Of a DNA stretch of 32,000 nucleotides, positions 15,646 through 25,343 are shown piece after piece. Position numbers and translations under genes: made by a program. Position 1 is the stretch's first letter; the number at the start of each line of letters is the position of its first letter. Below the pieces are notes generated by a model, which was not told the origin of the DNA, did not search any database, and saw only the letters and a list, made by a program, of their open reading frames with translations. The DNA comes from Desulfocapsa sulfexigens DSM 10523 (GTDB lineage Bacteria; Desulfobacterota; Desulfobulbia; Desulfobulbales; Desulfocapsaceae): the NCBI RefSeq assembly GCF_000341395.1, contig NC_020304.1:3510001-3542000 (forward strand), in the 5' to 3' direction.

Positions 15646-18600
15646 ATGACAGATGAATTTTTCCCGTGTACAAATCAGCAGCCGGCCTTATACCATATTT
15701 TCCGTTTAACAACATCGCCTACCATGCAACTCAACTATCCAGCAGAAATTCCTATTGTCTCCTATCGGGAATCATTTCTCGAACTTTTGAAGGAACATCA
15801 AGTTATTATAGTATCTGGAGAGACTGGCTCTGGGAAAACCACTCAACTGCCAAAATTCTGCCTTGAGCATTTCCCCGACACTTCCTTTCACATAGGCTGT
15901 ACCCAACCACGAAGAGTCGCAGCAACCTCTGTTTCTTCACGTGTTGCTACGGAACTTGGTTCCCACAAACAGCTAGTGGGATATAAAATACGATTCCATG
16001 ATAAGACCACCAGTGAGACAAGAATCAAATTTATGACCGACGGTGTATTGCTTGCAGAGACAAGAAAAGATCCACTGTTAAAAAAATATGGCGTTATCAT
16101 AATAGATGAGGCCCATGAACGAAGCCTCAACATAGATTTTCTTCTTGGATACCTCAAAAATATCCTTCCCAATCGACCAGATCTAAAAGTAATCATCACC
16201 TCAGCAACCATTGACACTGCAATTTTCTCAAGACATTTTGACAACGCACCGATCATGGCGGTTGAGGGACGCAGTTACCCGGTAGAAGTTCGCTATAGAA
16301 AGGACCCTGATAATGATGAGGGGGAAGATACCTCCTATGTTGAAGAATGTGTTGAAACCATAGTCGAATTACACCGAAGAGAGATCCCTGAAGATACCCT
16401 GATCTTTCTTCCTACCGAAAAAGATATTCGAGAATGTTGTGAGCTTCTTTCAGGGAAACTTTCAAACACTCTGGTACTCCCCATGTTCGGACGCCTGGCC
16501 GCAGCCGACCAGAAAAAAATATTTAAGCCTTCCCCGCTCACCAAGGTTATCGTTGCGACAAACGTTGCGGAAACTTCAATTACGGTTCCTGGAATTCGCT
16601 ATGTCATAGACTCGGGACTTGCCCGCATATCCCAGTATAATGTCCGGGCACGAACTACCAGTCTCCCGATCACCAGAATATCACGCGCAAGCGCAGACCA
16701 GCGAAAAGGGCGTTGCGGACGTGTAGGACCAGGGATCTGTATCAGACTCTATTCTGAAGCGGATTATCTGGATCGCGATCAGTATATGCTGCCAGAAATC
16801 AAACGTTCGAATCTGGCCGATGTTATACTGCAGATGATAAGTATGAACCTTGGTTCGCCTCTGGATTTCCCGTTCATCGAACCACCTCATCCAGGTGCCA
16901 TCAGAGATGGCTACAATCTCCTCAAAGAACTTGGTGCCCTGCGACCAGACAATCGGTTGAACCGCATAGGTAGGCTGATGGCCAGACTTCCTATAGATCC
17001 CCCTATCTCACGAATCCTGATTGCTGCACGTGAAAACAACTGTGTACGGGAAATAAAAATCATCGCCCCGGCACTCGCCATCCAGGATCCACGTGTCCGT
17101 CCTGCTGACAAAGAAGCCCTGGCAGATGCAGCCCATAAGAAATTCGCTCACGAACATTCAGATTTTTTGAGCCTGCTCAATATCTGGGAGCTTTTTCACA
17201 GTGTAAAGGAGAAGGGGCATTCATGGGGACGATTAAAAAAGTTCTGCAAAAGTCACTTCCTCTCCTTTCAACGGATGCGTGAATGGATAGATCTCCATGA
17301 GCAGTTAAGCAATATCCTGGAACGGGAAAAGGGATTTATTGATAATCAAACTCCGGCATCCTATCCGGCGATTCACAAAAGTCTCTGCACCGGTTTCCTG
17401 AGAAATATCGGTATAAAAAACGAGAAGGAAAAGAAACTCTACCACGGTGCCGGTGGTAAGGAATTCATGGTTTTCCCTGGTTCACACCAATTCCACAGCT
17501 CTGGAAAATGGCTTATCGGAGCAACATTTCTCGAAACCAATCGACTCTACGCCCTGACCGTTGCCAACGTTGAGGTTGAATGGCTTATCGATGCTTCTAC
17601 CCACCTCAGCCGCAGATCGTGGTCCAACCCACGCTGGCAGAAAAAAAGCGGTCAGGTGGTAGCCGATGAAAAAATCAGCCTCTTTGGCCTTATCCTCTCT
17701 GCTGACAGAACAGTAAATTTTGGCAGGACAGGAAAGAAGAATCAGAAAGAGGCACGACAGATTTTTATCCAGCACGCACTTCTCGAAAATGATATTCAGG
17801 GAAACTATTCTTTTCTCCAAAATAACATCGATATCCTGAAAAAATGGCAGGACACGGAAGAACGACTCCGAAAACGTGACCTGGTCGTCGACGATACAAG
17901 TCTCCGGAACTTTTACGACGCCAGACTTCCAGCAGATGTCTATGACAGATTCACCTTGAACCGTTTTCTTTCCCGTAACAAGGATCAAAGTTTCCTCAAT
18001 ATGAAAGAGGAGGATATTCTCGCTCGCAGACCTGAAGACAGGGAGTTACAGGATTTCCCCAAGGAACTGCGTATGGGATCACACACACTTCAACTCAGTT
18101 ACAACCTGACACCCGGAAAGGAGGATGATGGCGTGACCGTACGTATCCCGGTGGATGGCGTTGAAAACTTTTCCGAGTCAGTTTTCGAATGGCTTGTGCC
18201 AGGGCTTCTTCGTGAAAAAGTAAACTTTCTTCTTAAAGGCCTCCCTAAGCGGCTACGGAAACACCTTATCCCTATCCCTAACACGGTGGATCTGCTCCTC
18301 GATGACTGCAACCATTACCAGGGATCTTTGTACCACGCGCTCGAACGTGGCATCTTCAAGATGTTCCGGTTAAGAGTTGGCCGTTCCGACTGGCCTGAAA
18401 TTCTGCCGTCGCACCTCACCATGCGTTATCTTCTATACGATACCAGTGGCAGAACAGTGGCAACTGGAAGAATCCTTCACAAACTTGCCCACAGTGTCAG
18501 CTCTGCTTCCCCCTGTAAGATCACCCCGGATAAAAAAACACAAAATTCACTTGATCGGTGGCAAGATACCCTTTTCCAGAAATGGGATTTTGATGGACTC

Positions 18601-19488
18601 AAGAGAAATATACCACTCTTCACCCAATCCAACGAAATCGCCGGCTATCTCTACCCGGCTCTCCACGTTGAAAGAAATCGCGGTGGAGTGACAATAAGCT
18701 TCGAATCCAATCGTAAAACAGCAGCAACGCTCAACCTCAGCGGAAGCCTCTTCCTCTACCAGCTCAAGTTCAAAGATGAGTTCAAAAGTCTCAAAAAGTA
18801 CTGTCACACAGCCCTGTCTGCACCATCATCACAGTGGCTTATTGCACTGTTTGGCAATAAAACAAAGGCAAATGATGCACTGCTTGAGTTTGTCATGCGC
18901 TCACTCTTTACTCAAAAGCTAGATACAATACCCGACAAATCAACCTATGAAGCCGAAGTAGAAAAGGTTCAACAGTTGGGACTTTACCGAAGGGGACAGG
19001 AAATCTGTGATGAAATGTTTCAGATTTTACGCAAGCGCAAAGAAGTTTCCAGCCATATAAATCACTACGCAGGACTCTCCAGAAAAAGCCATTCTTACAA
19101 TGAAGCACAGTTTAAAGAGTACGAAACTCTGCTGGAAGACATTCTCCCAGCTGATTTTTTAACCACCCAATCGGCGGAAGACCTTGCCGGCTGCGATCGT
19201 TTTTTTCAGGCCCTGAAGATTCGTATAGAGCGTGCCTACGCTAACCCGGCAAAGGATATGACAAAATCCAGACAACTGGAGTCATATGTGAACAGGCAAA
19301 AGCAGATCCCCAGAGACATCACCGGACTCCCCTTTGAATGCAGGAAGGCCCTTTCTCTTTATTCAGCTATGGTAGCGGAGTTCCGGGTAACCATCTTTGC
19401 GCCGGAACTTAAAGGGGGAATGCAGGTTTCGGAAAAGAAACTCAAACTTCAATGGCAGACAGTGCAATCCATCTGCCCGGGTATTTAG
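15646..19488 (+). CDS. hrpA: ATP-dependent DEAH-box RNA helicase HrpA.
   Basis: A 1280-aa ORF with GETGSGKTTQLPK, IIDEAHERS, TSATID, TNVAETSITVPGI and QRKGRCGR, plus the long HrpA-type C-terminal region. The first 26 codons look non-conserved, so the real start may be the ATG at 15724 (MQLNYPAEIPI...). Neither candidate start has a clear SD. Confidence 0.9.
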   Translation: MTDEFFPCTNQQPALYHIFRLTTSPTMQLNYPAEIPIVSYRESFLELLKEHQVIIVSGETGSGKTTQLPKFCLEHFPDTSFHIGCTQPRRVAATSVSSRVATELGSHKQLVGYKIRFHDKTTSETRIKFMTDGVLLAETRKDPLLKKYGVIIIDEAHERSLNIDFLLGYLKNILPNRPDLKVIITSATIDTAIFSRHFDNAPIMAVEGRSYPVEVRYRKDPDNDEGEDTSYVEECVETIVELHRREIPEDTLIFLPTEKDIRECCELLSGKLSNTLVLPMFGRLAAADQKKIFKPSPLTKVIVATNVAETSITVPGIRYVIDSGLARISQYNVRARTTSLPITRISRASADQRKGRCGRVGPGICIRLYSEADYLDRDQYMLPEIKRSNLADVILQMISMNLGSPLDFPFIEPPHPGAIRDGYNLLKELGALRPDNRLNRIGRLMARLPIDPPISRILIAARENNCVREIKIIAPALAIQDPRVRPADKEALADAAHKKFAHEHSDFLSLLNIWELFHSVKEKGHSWGRLKKFCKSHFLSFQRMREWIDLHEQLSNILEREKGFIDNQTPASYPAIHKSLCTGFLRNIGIKNEKEKKLYHGAGGKEFMVFPGSHQFHSSGKWLIGATFLETNRLYALTVANVEVEWLIDASTHLSRRSWSNPRWQKKSGQVVADEKISLFGLILSADRTVNFGRTGKKNQKEARQIFIQHALLENDIQGNYSFLQNNIDILKKWQDTEERLRKRDLVVDDTSLRNFYDARLPADVYDRFTLNRFLSRNKDQSFLNMKEEDILARRPEDRELQDFPKELRMGSHTLQLSYNLTPGKEDDGVTVRIPVDGVENFSESVFEWLVPGLLREKVNFLLKGLPKRLRKHLIPIPNTVDLLLDDCNHYQGSLYHALERGIFKMFRLRVGRSDWPEILPSHLTMRYLLYDTSGRTVATGRILHKLAHSVSSASPCKITPDKKTQNSLDRWQDTLFQKWDFDGLKRNIPLFTQSNEIAGYLYPALHVERNRGGVTISFESNRKTAATLNLSGSLFLYQLKFKDEFKSLKKYCHTALSAPSSQWLIALFGNKTKANDALLEFVMRSLFTQKLDTIPDKSTYEAEVEKVQQLGLYRRGQEICDEMFQILRKRKEVSSHINHYAGLSRKSHSYNEAQFKEYETLLEDILPADFLTTQSAEDLAGCDRFFQALKIRIERAYANPAKDMTKSRQLESYVNRQKQIPRDITGLPFECRKALSLYSAMVAEFRVTIFAPELKGGMQVSEKKLKLQWQTVQSICPGI

Positions 19489-19541
19489 GTATTCAGCTAA
19501 CATTCGGAAGAGTTACTACCTGTTTCACTTCAACACATCAA

Positions 19542-21866
19542 TCAATGTTTAAAAACCATTTCTCGGAAGAAAACAGTCAATCGCTCCCTCCTGCTTTTCA
19601 TACGCACCTGTTCTGGAATAAGATCGGAGGGATCAATTTTCATTACCGCCATCTTGTATTCGATATGTGAAGCAAAACGGTTATCAAGGTACCAGGCATA
19701 GGTAAGGCCCATCAAAAGACCGGGAGGAGTGAACCCCTCCCTGCCGTTTACAAGGCGGGTGAAATGGGTGGCATCGGAGGAATCAGGGACCATCCTCGCC
19801 AGAATCAAATACCGAGCAAGCGCCTCATCACTAAAATAGCACACTCTCTCGCTAAAAGGCTTTAAGTAAAGATGATAGGCTTTGCCAAGAGAACTCTTAC
19901 CTGAAACAAGGGGACGAATTTCTTTACGGGCAGCATAATTCCCAAGAAGTCCCTGGCCAAGGGCGACAAGAAATGCGATCTCAAAGTCGACATTGGAGGA
20001 AAATTGATCCTGGCGAATTTTCACCATGCAATCCTCGGGGTCATAAAAGGAAAAAACTTTATCCCAGTTTTGATTTCTTTTCCATTTTTTATCGGCAATG
20101 CACTGTATTCCCTTGACGAACAGCAGATGTTCCATGGGGATATCTTTATGAGTCCAGAGGATTTCCCGCAGAGTCTGCTTTATTGCATCCACCTTCTTGT
20201 GTGAGTTTCTGGACAGTTCAATCCGAAGCCCCGACAGATATTCATTTATTTTTGTATAGCGGAGACACGGAACCTGCATGGAGGTCAGGTATTTTCGTTT
20301 GGGATCGACGACTTGAGACTTTCTGGAACCTGAAACGAGCGGAACTGGCAGGGTAGATGCAATTGCCCAAAGAGTACGGACAACCAGTGCAAACTGTTTC
20401 GGATCATGCCTGATTACTCCGTCATCCCGAAGCGCTGTCCTGGAATAAATCCCGCATTCCAGAGGAATAATTCCCTGTTCTCTCACTTCATCACGATCGA
20501 GATAAATAGGAATTTTCCCCTCAACCGCATAGTTCTGAATGACCGTAGCAGGCACGTCTTTCAAAGAGAGACACAACACCTTATCAAAGAGCCCTCCAGT
20601 TCCTCCAGGAATATTGCGCTCGTAGGCCTTCAACAGATCGGAAAGAAGAAACTTTCGTTCAGGGTTGTAAATACTGATGTCCGTTTCTCCTGCCTGAACC
20701 CAAAGATTAGATACAAGAATTTTCAAGGCCTTCCTGTTATTTTTCACGGCCTCTGCAATCTTTGGTACCTGAAAAATCGGCACCAGGGAACTGTACAAAC
20801 TTCCAGGGGCCATGATCATAATATCTGCATTATGAATAAGCCCAAGGACATCGTCACTCACTTCAGGTTCCGCACAGAAATTGATCAGAACCGTATCAAC
20901 AGGGTATCCCCTTCTGGCCTCACTTGATTTGTGTTCTCCTGTCACCTGAACACCGTTTGTGTATCGTAGACTGAGCTCAGCAGGCACGTATGTACACGGC
21001 ATAACAGCATGTTCGTCGGCCCCGAGAATTGTACAAAGGGAAGCAATTCCCCTATGAATATTCTGACGGATCAGATCGGGTTCGCTAATAAGCGCTGCAT
21101 TAGTAAAATGAGCGGGTATCTGTTCATAAATGGAGGAGACGAGAATAAGGTTGCCAAGGCAATGGGGCCGATTCAAAGTAACCTGAAGGCGGGGATCAAC
21201 AAAAAGCTTGTGAATAATCCGTTCAAGCGAGCCGAATATGGCTGCCGGAAGAACAGTGTCAGCGTCACCGATCAATCCGCAATCGTGAAGCAACTTGGTG
21301 TTGCTCGTTGGCTTTTCACTGAATCGGTGGTTAAATACACGAGCAAGAATTTTAACACACTGAGCCGCTTCAATCTCTGTAAGCGAGTAATATTCCTGTA
21401 GTCTGGCAAGTTGGATGGAGGAGAGCAGCACATGGCGAATATCACCAAGAGCAATGAGCGGCAGATCTTTCAGCAGTTCACCCGTCGAACCGCCGTCATC
21501 GGTTATACAAACTATGGATCTGGTTTTTGGAAAAAGCGCTTTCAGCCCCTGAAAAGGATCATTTACCCAGGATTCGGCTCGACTGTCCCCACCAATAATG
21601 GTCGAGAGCCCGGTTCCTCCACCAAAGACCACAACATTGAGGTGGGAAACAGGCTCCTGGTTGAGACTGTTTTTAACTCGTTGAAGATCGGTTGCGGTCT
21701 CTGGTGGAAGCCCGTCTGGAACTCCAGCCAGGACGAGTTCCACCAGTTTTTCACGAATGTCAGTATGGGGGAGCAGGTCTAAAGGTGAAAGAGCTTTCCG
21801 GTCTATCTGTTTGAGGCATTCGGCCACGCCGGATTCTACTAACTCTGTTGTCTCTTTCACTTCCAC
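19542..21866 (-). CDS. Large YvcK/CofD-family (UPF0052, gluconeogenesis factor / GlmR-like) protein with N- and C-terminal extensions.
   Basis: A 774-aa ORF. Residues ~76-505 carry YvcK/CofD blocks (VVVFGGGTGLST, ITDDGGSTGELL, LGDIRHVL, NHRF, HCLGNLIL, ADIMIMAPGSLYSSLVP, SNLWVQAGET). Residues ~510-774 match nothing I recognise. The start is a GTG at 21866 with an SD agaggga that overlaps the mdh stop codon 12 nt upstream. There is no in-frame ATG for more than 290 codons. Confidence 0.75.
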   Translation of the reverse strand: MEVKETTELVESGVAECLKQIDRKALSPLDLLPHTDIREKLVELVLAGVPDGLPPETATDLQRVKNSLNQEPVSHLNVVVFGGGTGLSTIIGGDSRAESWVNDPFQGLKALFPKTRSIVCITDDGGSTGELLKDLPLIALGDIRHVLLSSIQLARLQEYYSLTEIEAAQCVKILARVFNHRFSEKPTSNTKLLHDCGLIGDADTVLPAAIFGSLERIIHKLFVDPRLQVTLNRPHCLGNLILVSSIYEQIPAHFTNAALISEPDLIRQNIHRGIASLCTILGADEHAVMPCTYVPAELSLRYTNGVQVTGEHKSSEARRGYPVDTVLINFCAEPEVSDDVLGLIHNADIMIMAPGSLYSSLVPIFQVPKIAEAVKNNRKALKILVSNLWVQAGETDISIYNPERKFLLSDLLKAYERNIPGGTGGLFDKVLCLSLKDVPATVIQNYAVEGKIPIYLDRDEVREQGIIPLECGIYSRTALRDDGVIRHDPKQFALVVRTLWAIASTLPVPLVSGSRKSQVVDPKRKYLTSMQVPCLRYTKINEYLSGLRIELSRNSHKKVDAIKQTLREILWTHKDIPMEHLLFVKGIQCIADKKWKRNQNWDKVFSFYDPEDCMVKIRQDQFSSNVDFEIAFLVALGQGLLGNYAARKEIRPLVSGKSSLGKAYHLYLKPFSERVCYFSDEALARYLILARMVPDSSDATHFTRLVNGREGFTPPGLLMGLTYAWYLDNRFASHIEYKMAVMKIDPSDLIPEQVRMKSRRERLTVFFREMVFKH

Positions 21867-21878
21867 TTTCGATTCCCT

Positions 21879-22805
21879 CTACAGTCCCGTCGCTTCCATC
21901 TGTTTTTCAACCGCTTTCACGGAAAGCTGCAAAGCTTCTTTTTCTTCAGCAGTGAGTTCAAACTCAAGAATCTTCTCGACCCCATTCTCGCCAATAACAA
22001 CGGGAACACCGAGGAAATAACCGGAAATTCCAAATTCACCTTCCAGATACGCGGCGCATGGAAGGACACGTTTTGAATCGGTGAGTACTGCCTCGGCCAT
22101 TTCAACTGCAGCAAGACCGGGAGTATAAAACGCTGAGCCTGTTTTCAGGTGATTAACAATCTCGAGCCCACCAGTCTGAGTACGATGAACAATGGCATCA
22201 ATCTCTTCAGCTGAGAGGAGATCGGTAATAGGTACTCCAGCCACATTAGCAAGACGCACCATAGGCATCATGTTATCTCCATGAATACCGAGTACAAGAG
22301 CATTGACATCCTTTGGAGCCACACCGATAGCCTGGGCGAGGAAGGTACGATAACGGGCTGAATCCAGTACACCTGCCATACCGATCACTTTTTCCTTAGG
22401 GTGTCCGGTCACTTTAAAGGCAGTGTGAACCATTGCATCGATGGGGTTTGTCACCACGATGAGCACACAATCAGGAGAATACTTAACCGCTTCCTCGGCA
22501 CAGGATTTTACAATAGCAACATTAATAGCGAGCAGATCGTCTCTCGACATCCCGGGCTTACGGGCAAGACCAGCTGAGATAATCACGACATCAGAATTTG
22601 CGGTATCAGCATAATCATTACTTCCTTTGACACCAAAATGAAACCCCTCAACGGGACCGGATTGTGAGAGATCCAGGGCCTTTCCCTGAGGAATTCCTTC
22701 TGCCACATCAAGGAGTATAATATCTCCAAGGTTTTTTGCAGCAGCCCAGTGGGCAGCGGTGGCTCCTACATTTCCAGCACCAATAATTGTTATTTTCTTT
22801 CTCAT
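21879..22805 (-). CDS. mdh: Malate dehydrogenase, LDH-like family.
   Basis: A 308-aa ORF with KITIIGAGNVG, AGLARKPGMSRDDL (Arg at the substrate-discriminating position, typical of MDH rather than LDH), VVTNPID, GVLDSAR and GIHGD. Confidence 0.95.
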   Translation of the reverse strand: MRKKITIIGAGNVGATAAHWAAAKNLGDIILLDVAEGIPQGKALDLSQSGPVEGFHFGVKGSNDYADTANSDVVIISAGLARKPGMSRDDLLAINVAIVKSCAEEAVKYSPDCVLIVVTNPIDAMVHTAFKVTGHPKEKVIGMAGVLDSARYRTFLAQAIGVAPKDVNALVLGIHGDNMMPMVRLANVAGVPITDLLSAEEIDAIVHRTQTGGLEIVNHLKTGSAFYTPGLAAVEMAEAVLTDSKRVLPCAAYLEGEFGISGYFLGVPVVIGENGVEKILEFELTAEEKEALQLSVKAVEKQMEATGL

Positions 22806-22856
22806 AAACGTTCCTTTCTGTTTAATTTATTCTTATATTAAAAACCATCCACACAC

Positions 22857-23624
22857 TCAGCCATTTACAATATATTCCTCAACCCTCTTCAAGTCCTCCG
22901 GCGTATCAACTTCAATGGAATCATGTTCCGTTAGAATAACTTTTATCCGGTATCCATATTCCAGCGCCCGTAGTTGCTCAAGTTTTTCAAAACGTTCCCA
23001 TTCTCCTTCCGGCAGGGCAACAAAGGTAAGGAGAAACCCCTTACGATAGGCGTAAAAACCAAGGTGTTTATAGTAGGTAGGAACAATCCCCTCCTCGGGG
23101 TTTCGCTGAAACGGTACAGGAGAACGTGAAAAGTACAGGGCATAGTTCTCATGGTCAAAAACAGTCTTTACATGATTCGGATCATTAATTTCTTCCGGTC
23201 TGATTATTTTATATATCAGGGTGGACATGGGCAGAGACGGGTCAGAGAGTAGCGGACCGGCCACCTGTTCAATCACTGCCGCATCAAAAAGGGGTTGATC
23301 TCCCTGAATATTTACAACCACATCATGCTCGGAAATGTCAAGCAACTCAGCGGCTTCTGCAAGCCTGTCTGAACCGGAGACATGATTCTTTCGGGTAATA
23401 ACATATTCACCGCCAAAGCCAGCAACACAATCGGCGATACGCTGGTCATCCGTCGCCACAACCACCCTGCTGAGGAGTTGGACGGATTTTGCACGCTCAA
23501 CCACGTGTTGAATCATAGGCTTGCCGTTGATAAGTGCCAGCGGTTTTCCTTCAAATCTGTTTGAATGGTATCTAGCCGGAATAATAGCCACGACTTTAAC
23601 CCTGTGCTGTTTTTCTGTTTCCAT
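22857..23624 (-). CDS. kdsB: 3-deoxy-manno-octulosonate cytidylyltransferase (CMP-KDO synthetase).
   Basis: A 255-aa ORF with VVAIIPARYHSNRFEGKPLALINGKPMIQHVVERA, VVVATDD, SGSDRLAEA and VVNIQGDQP, closely colinear with E. coli KdsB. Confidence 0.93.
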   Translation of the reverse strand: METEKQHRVKVVAIIPARYHSNRFEGKPLALINGKPMIQHVVERAKSVQLLSRVVVATDDQRIADCVAGFGGEYVITRKNHVSGSDRLAEAAELLDISEHDVVVNIQGDQPLFDAAVIEQVAGPLLSDPSLPMSTLIYKIIRPEEINDPNHVKTVFDHENYALYFSRSPVPFQRNPEEGIVPTYYKHLGFYAYRKGFLLTFVALPEGEWERFEKLEQLRALEYGYRIKVILTEHDSIEVDTPEDLKRVEEYIVNG

Positions 23625-23720
23625 CTTATTCAGTATTAGGTAATGAGAGTAATAGTATAGTAGAGATACGATCTTGTTTTGATCATTTGAATGTCAACCA
23701 GAACCGCCTTTCCGTGAATA

Positions 23721-24536
23721 ATGGTCAAACCTTACATTCCCAACACCCTGCCTCCTCTATCCATAGGAGTATCAAGCGCAACGGAAAACCCGACACTTTT
23801 GGAAAAAGCTTCAGATCTTGCTGAGTTGTTGAAAATAGAGATAATTCCTCCTGCGGATCTGGGGAAATATGACCTGCTCCTACTATATACGGAAAAAGGG
23901 TTACAAATTCAACTGAAACAAGACAACAAAACAAAGAAGCCCGCTACTCTGTGTATCGACTTCCTCTCTGATGCACTCACCTATCGCAGAGAACATGGTG
24001 GCGGGATTAAACAATCTTTGGCCCGGGCTGTAGGAATTAAACCTGGAATCAGACCGACGGTTATCGATGCCACGGCAGGACTGGGCAGAGACAGTTTTTT
24101 ACTGGCTTCTTTTGGGTGCAGGGTAACCATGATAGAACGTTCTCCTTTGCTTGCTGCTCTCCTGCATGATGGTCTGGAACGTGCAATAGACTCACCTTCC
24201 CTCCAAGCCGACGTCACAAACAGGCTAAGCCTTCTCCAGGGTGATGCTGCGACTATTATAGCAGAACACCAACCAAGTCTAAAGGCTGACACTATTTACC
24301 TGGACCCAATGTATCCTCATGGCCGAAAGTCAGCACTGAACAGGCTGGAAATGCGCCTTATCAGAATAATTGTCGGTGATGACAGTGACGCGGCAGTACT
24401 TCTTCGAACTGCACTGCATTACGCACAAAACCGCGTCGTTGTAAAGCGCCCCAAAGGTGCCCCCTTATTAGATAAACGGATACCGAGTCATGTTATCAAA
24501 ATGAAAAACAGTCGTTACGATGTCTATATGACATGA
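23721..24536 (+). CDS. rsmJ: 16S rRNA (guanine1516-N2)-methyltransferase RsmJ (YhiQ family).
   Basis: A 271-aa ORF with GGGIKQSLARAVGIK, VIDATAGLGRDSFLLASFGCRVTMIERSP, LLHDGLERA, IYLDPMYPH..KSAL and VVVKRP, colinear with E. coli RsmJ. Confidence 0.85.
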   Translation: MVKPYIPNTLPPLSIGVSSATENPTLLEKASDLAELLKIEIIPPADLGKYDLLLLYTEKGLQIQLKQDNKTKKPATLCIDFLSDALTYRREHGGGIKQSLARAVGIKPGIRPTVIDATAGLGRDSFLLASFGCRVTMIERSPLLAALLHDGLERAIDSPSLQADVTNRLSLLQGDAATIIAEHQPSLKADTIYLDPMYPHGRKSALNRLEMRLIRIIVGDDSDAAVLLRTALHYAQNRVVVKRPKGAPLLDKRIPSHVIKMKNSRYDVYMT

Positions 24537-24582
24537 GTTATGCTATTATTGAAATAGACACTAACCCAGATAACTGAAAATC

Positions 24583-25281
24583 ATGCCAATGACTCCTAAA
24601 AAATTATCCAGGCGAGCAGTATGTTTTTACCATCGATACGGCGAAGAACTCGAGGCAATCCGTCAGCTTCTGCATATTCAACTTGAAAAACTGGCACTTG
24701 CCTGCACTCTTGAAAATCGTTTACCTCGAAAAGCGATTAAAGTTGTGAGCAGAACAAAGGAACTCAAAAACTTCCTCTTCAAACTGGAGAAGATGGGATG
24801 GCCTGAATTTTATCTTCCAAGTGAAATTATTCACGATCTGGTGGGGGCGCGCATTGTCTGCTGGTTTCAGGAAGACTGTTACAGCATGCTCGACCTTCTC
24901 AGGGACTCAAAGCGTCTCAGGCTCCTTGCTGATTCCATTGAAGATTACAACAAATCCCCCAAAGCTTCGGGATATCGGGCCATCCATATTCACTGTGATG
25001 TCGCCTATGACCAGATTGTCCATCTAAACAATAAGCACCAGATCATTACAGGTCATATGACCTGTGAAATACAGATACGATCCATATTCCAGGACGCCTG
25101 GGGAGAACTGACCCATCAGATGCATTATAAAATGGCAGAAGCGGAAAGATTACAATACAACGAGCTTGTTGCATCTCTTGCCGATCGTCTTTCCTCTGAA
25201 GATAAAGCAGCGACGGCTATCAGGAACCTTCTCCAGAAGAAGAATGACAAAAAGCAACGAGGCGGCTTTAAAGACAAGTAA
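24583..25281 (+). CDS. Small alarmone synthetase: a single-domain RelA/SpoT-family (p)ppGpp synthetase.
   Basis: A 232-aa ORF with synthetase-domain blocks SRTKELKNFLFKLEK, IHDLVGARIVCWF, DYNKSPKASGYRAIHIH, CEIQIRSIFQDAWGELTHQMHYK. It has no HD hydrolase domain and no TGS/ACT domains. It lies 46 bp downstream of rsmJ on the same strand. Confidence 0.85.
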   Translation: MPMTPKKLSRRAVCFYHRYGEELEAIRQLLHIQLEKLALACTLENRLPRKAIKVVSRTKELKNFLFKLEKMGWPEFYLPSEIIHDLVGARIVCWFQEDCYSMLDLLRDSKRLRLLADSIEDYNKSPKASGYRAIHIHCDVAYDQIVHLNNKHQIITGHMTCEIQIRSIFQDAWGELTHQMHYKMAEAERLQYNELVASLADRLSSEDKAATAIRNLLQKKNDKKQRGGFKDK

Positions 25282-25343
25282 AAGAGAGAGATGGGTTAGT
25301 CAGTGCAGATTTGGACAGCTAAGGGTTGAGAACTTCCTGGCAT

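Noticed and set aside
24583-25281. The small alarmone synthetase considered as a toxSAS toxin-antitoxin or defence module.
   Set aside because: No small cognate ORF lies immediately upstream or downstream. The 46-bp and 62-bp flanks are too short, and the gene is embedded among housekeeping ribosome-modification genes with no mobile-element context. It is kept only as a neighbourhood observation.
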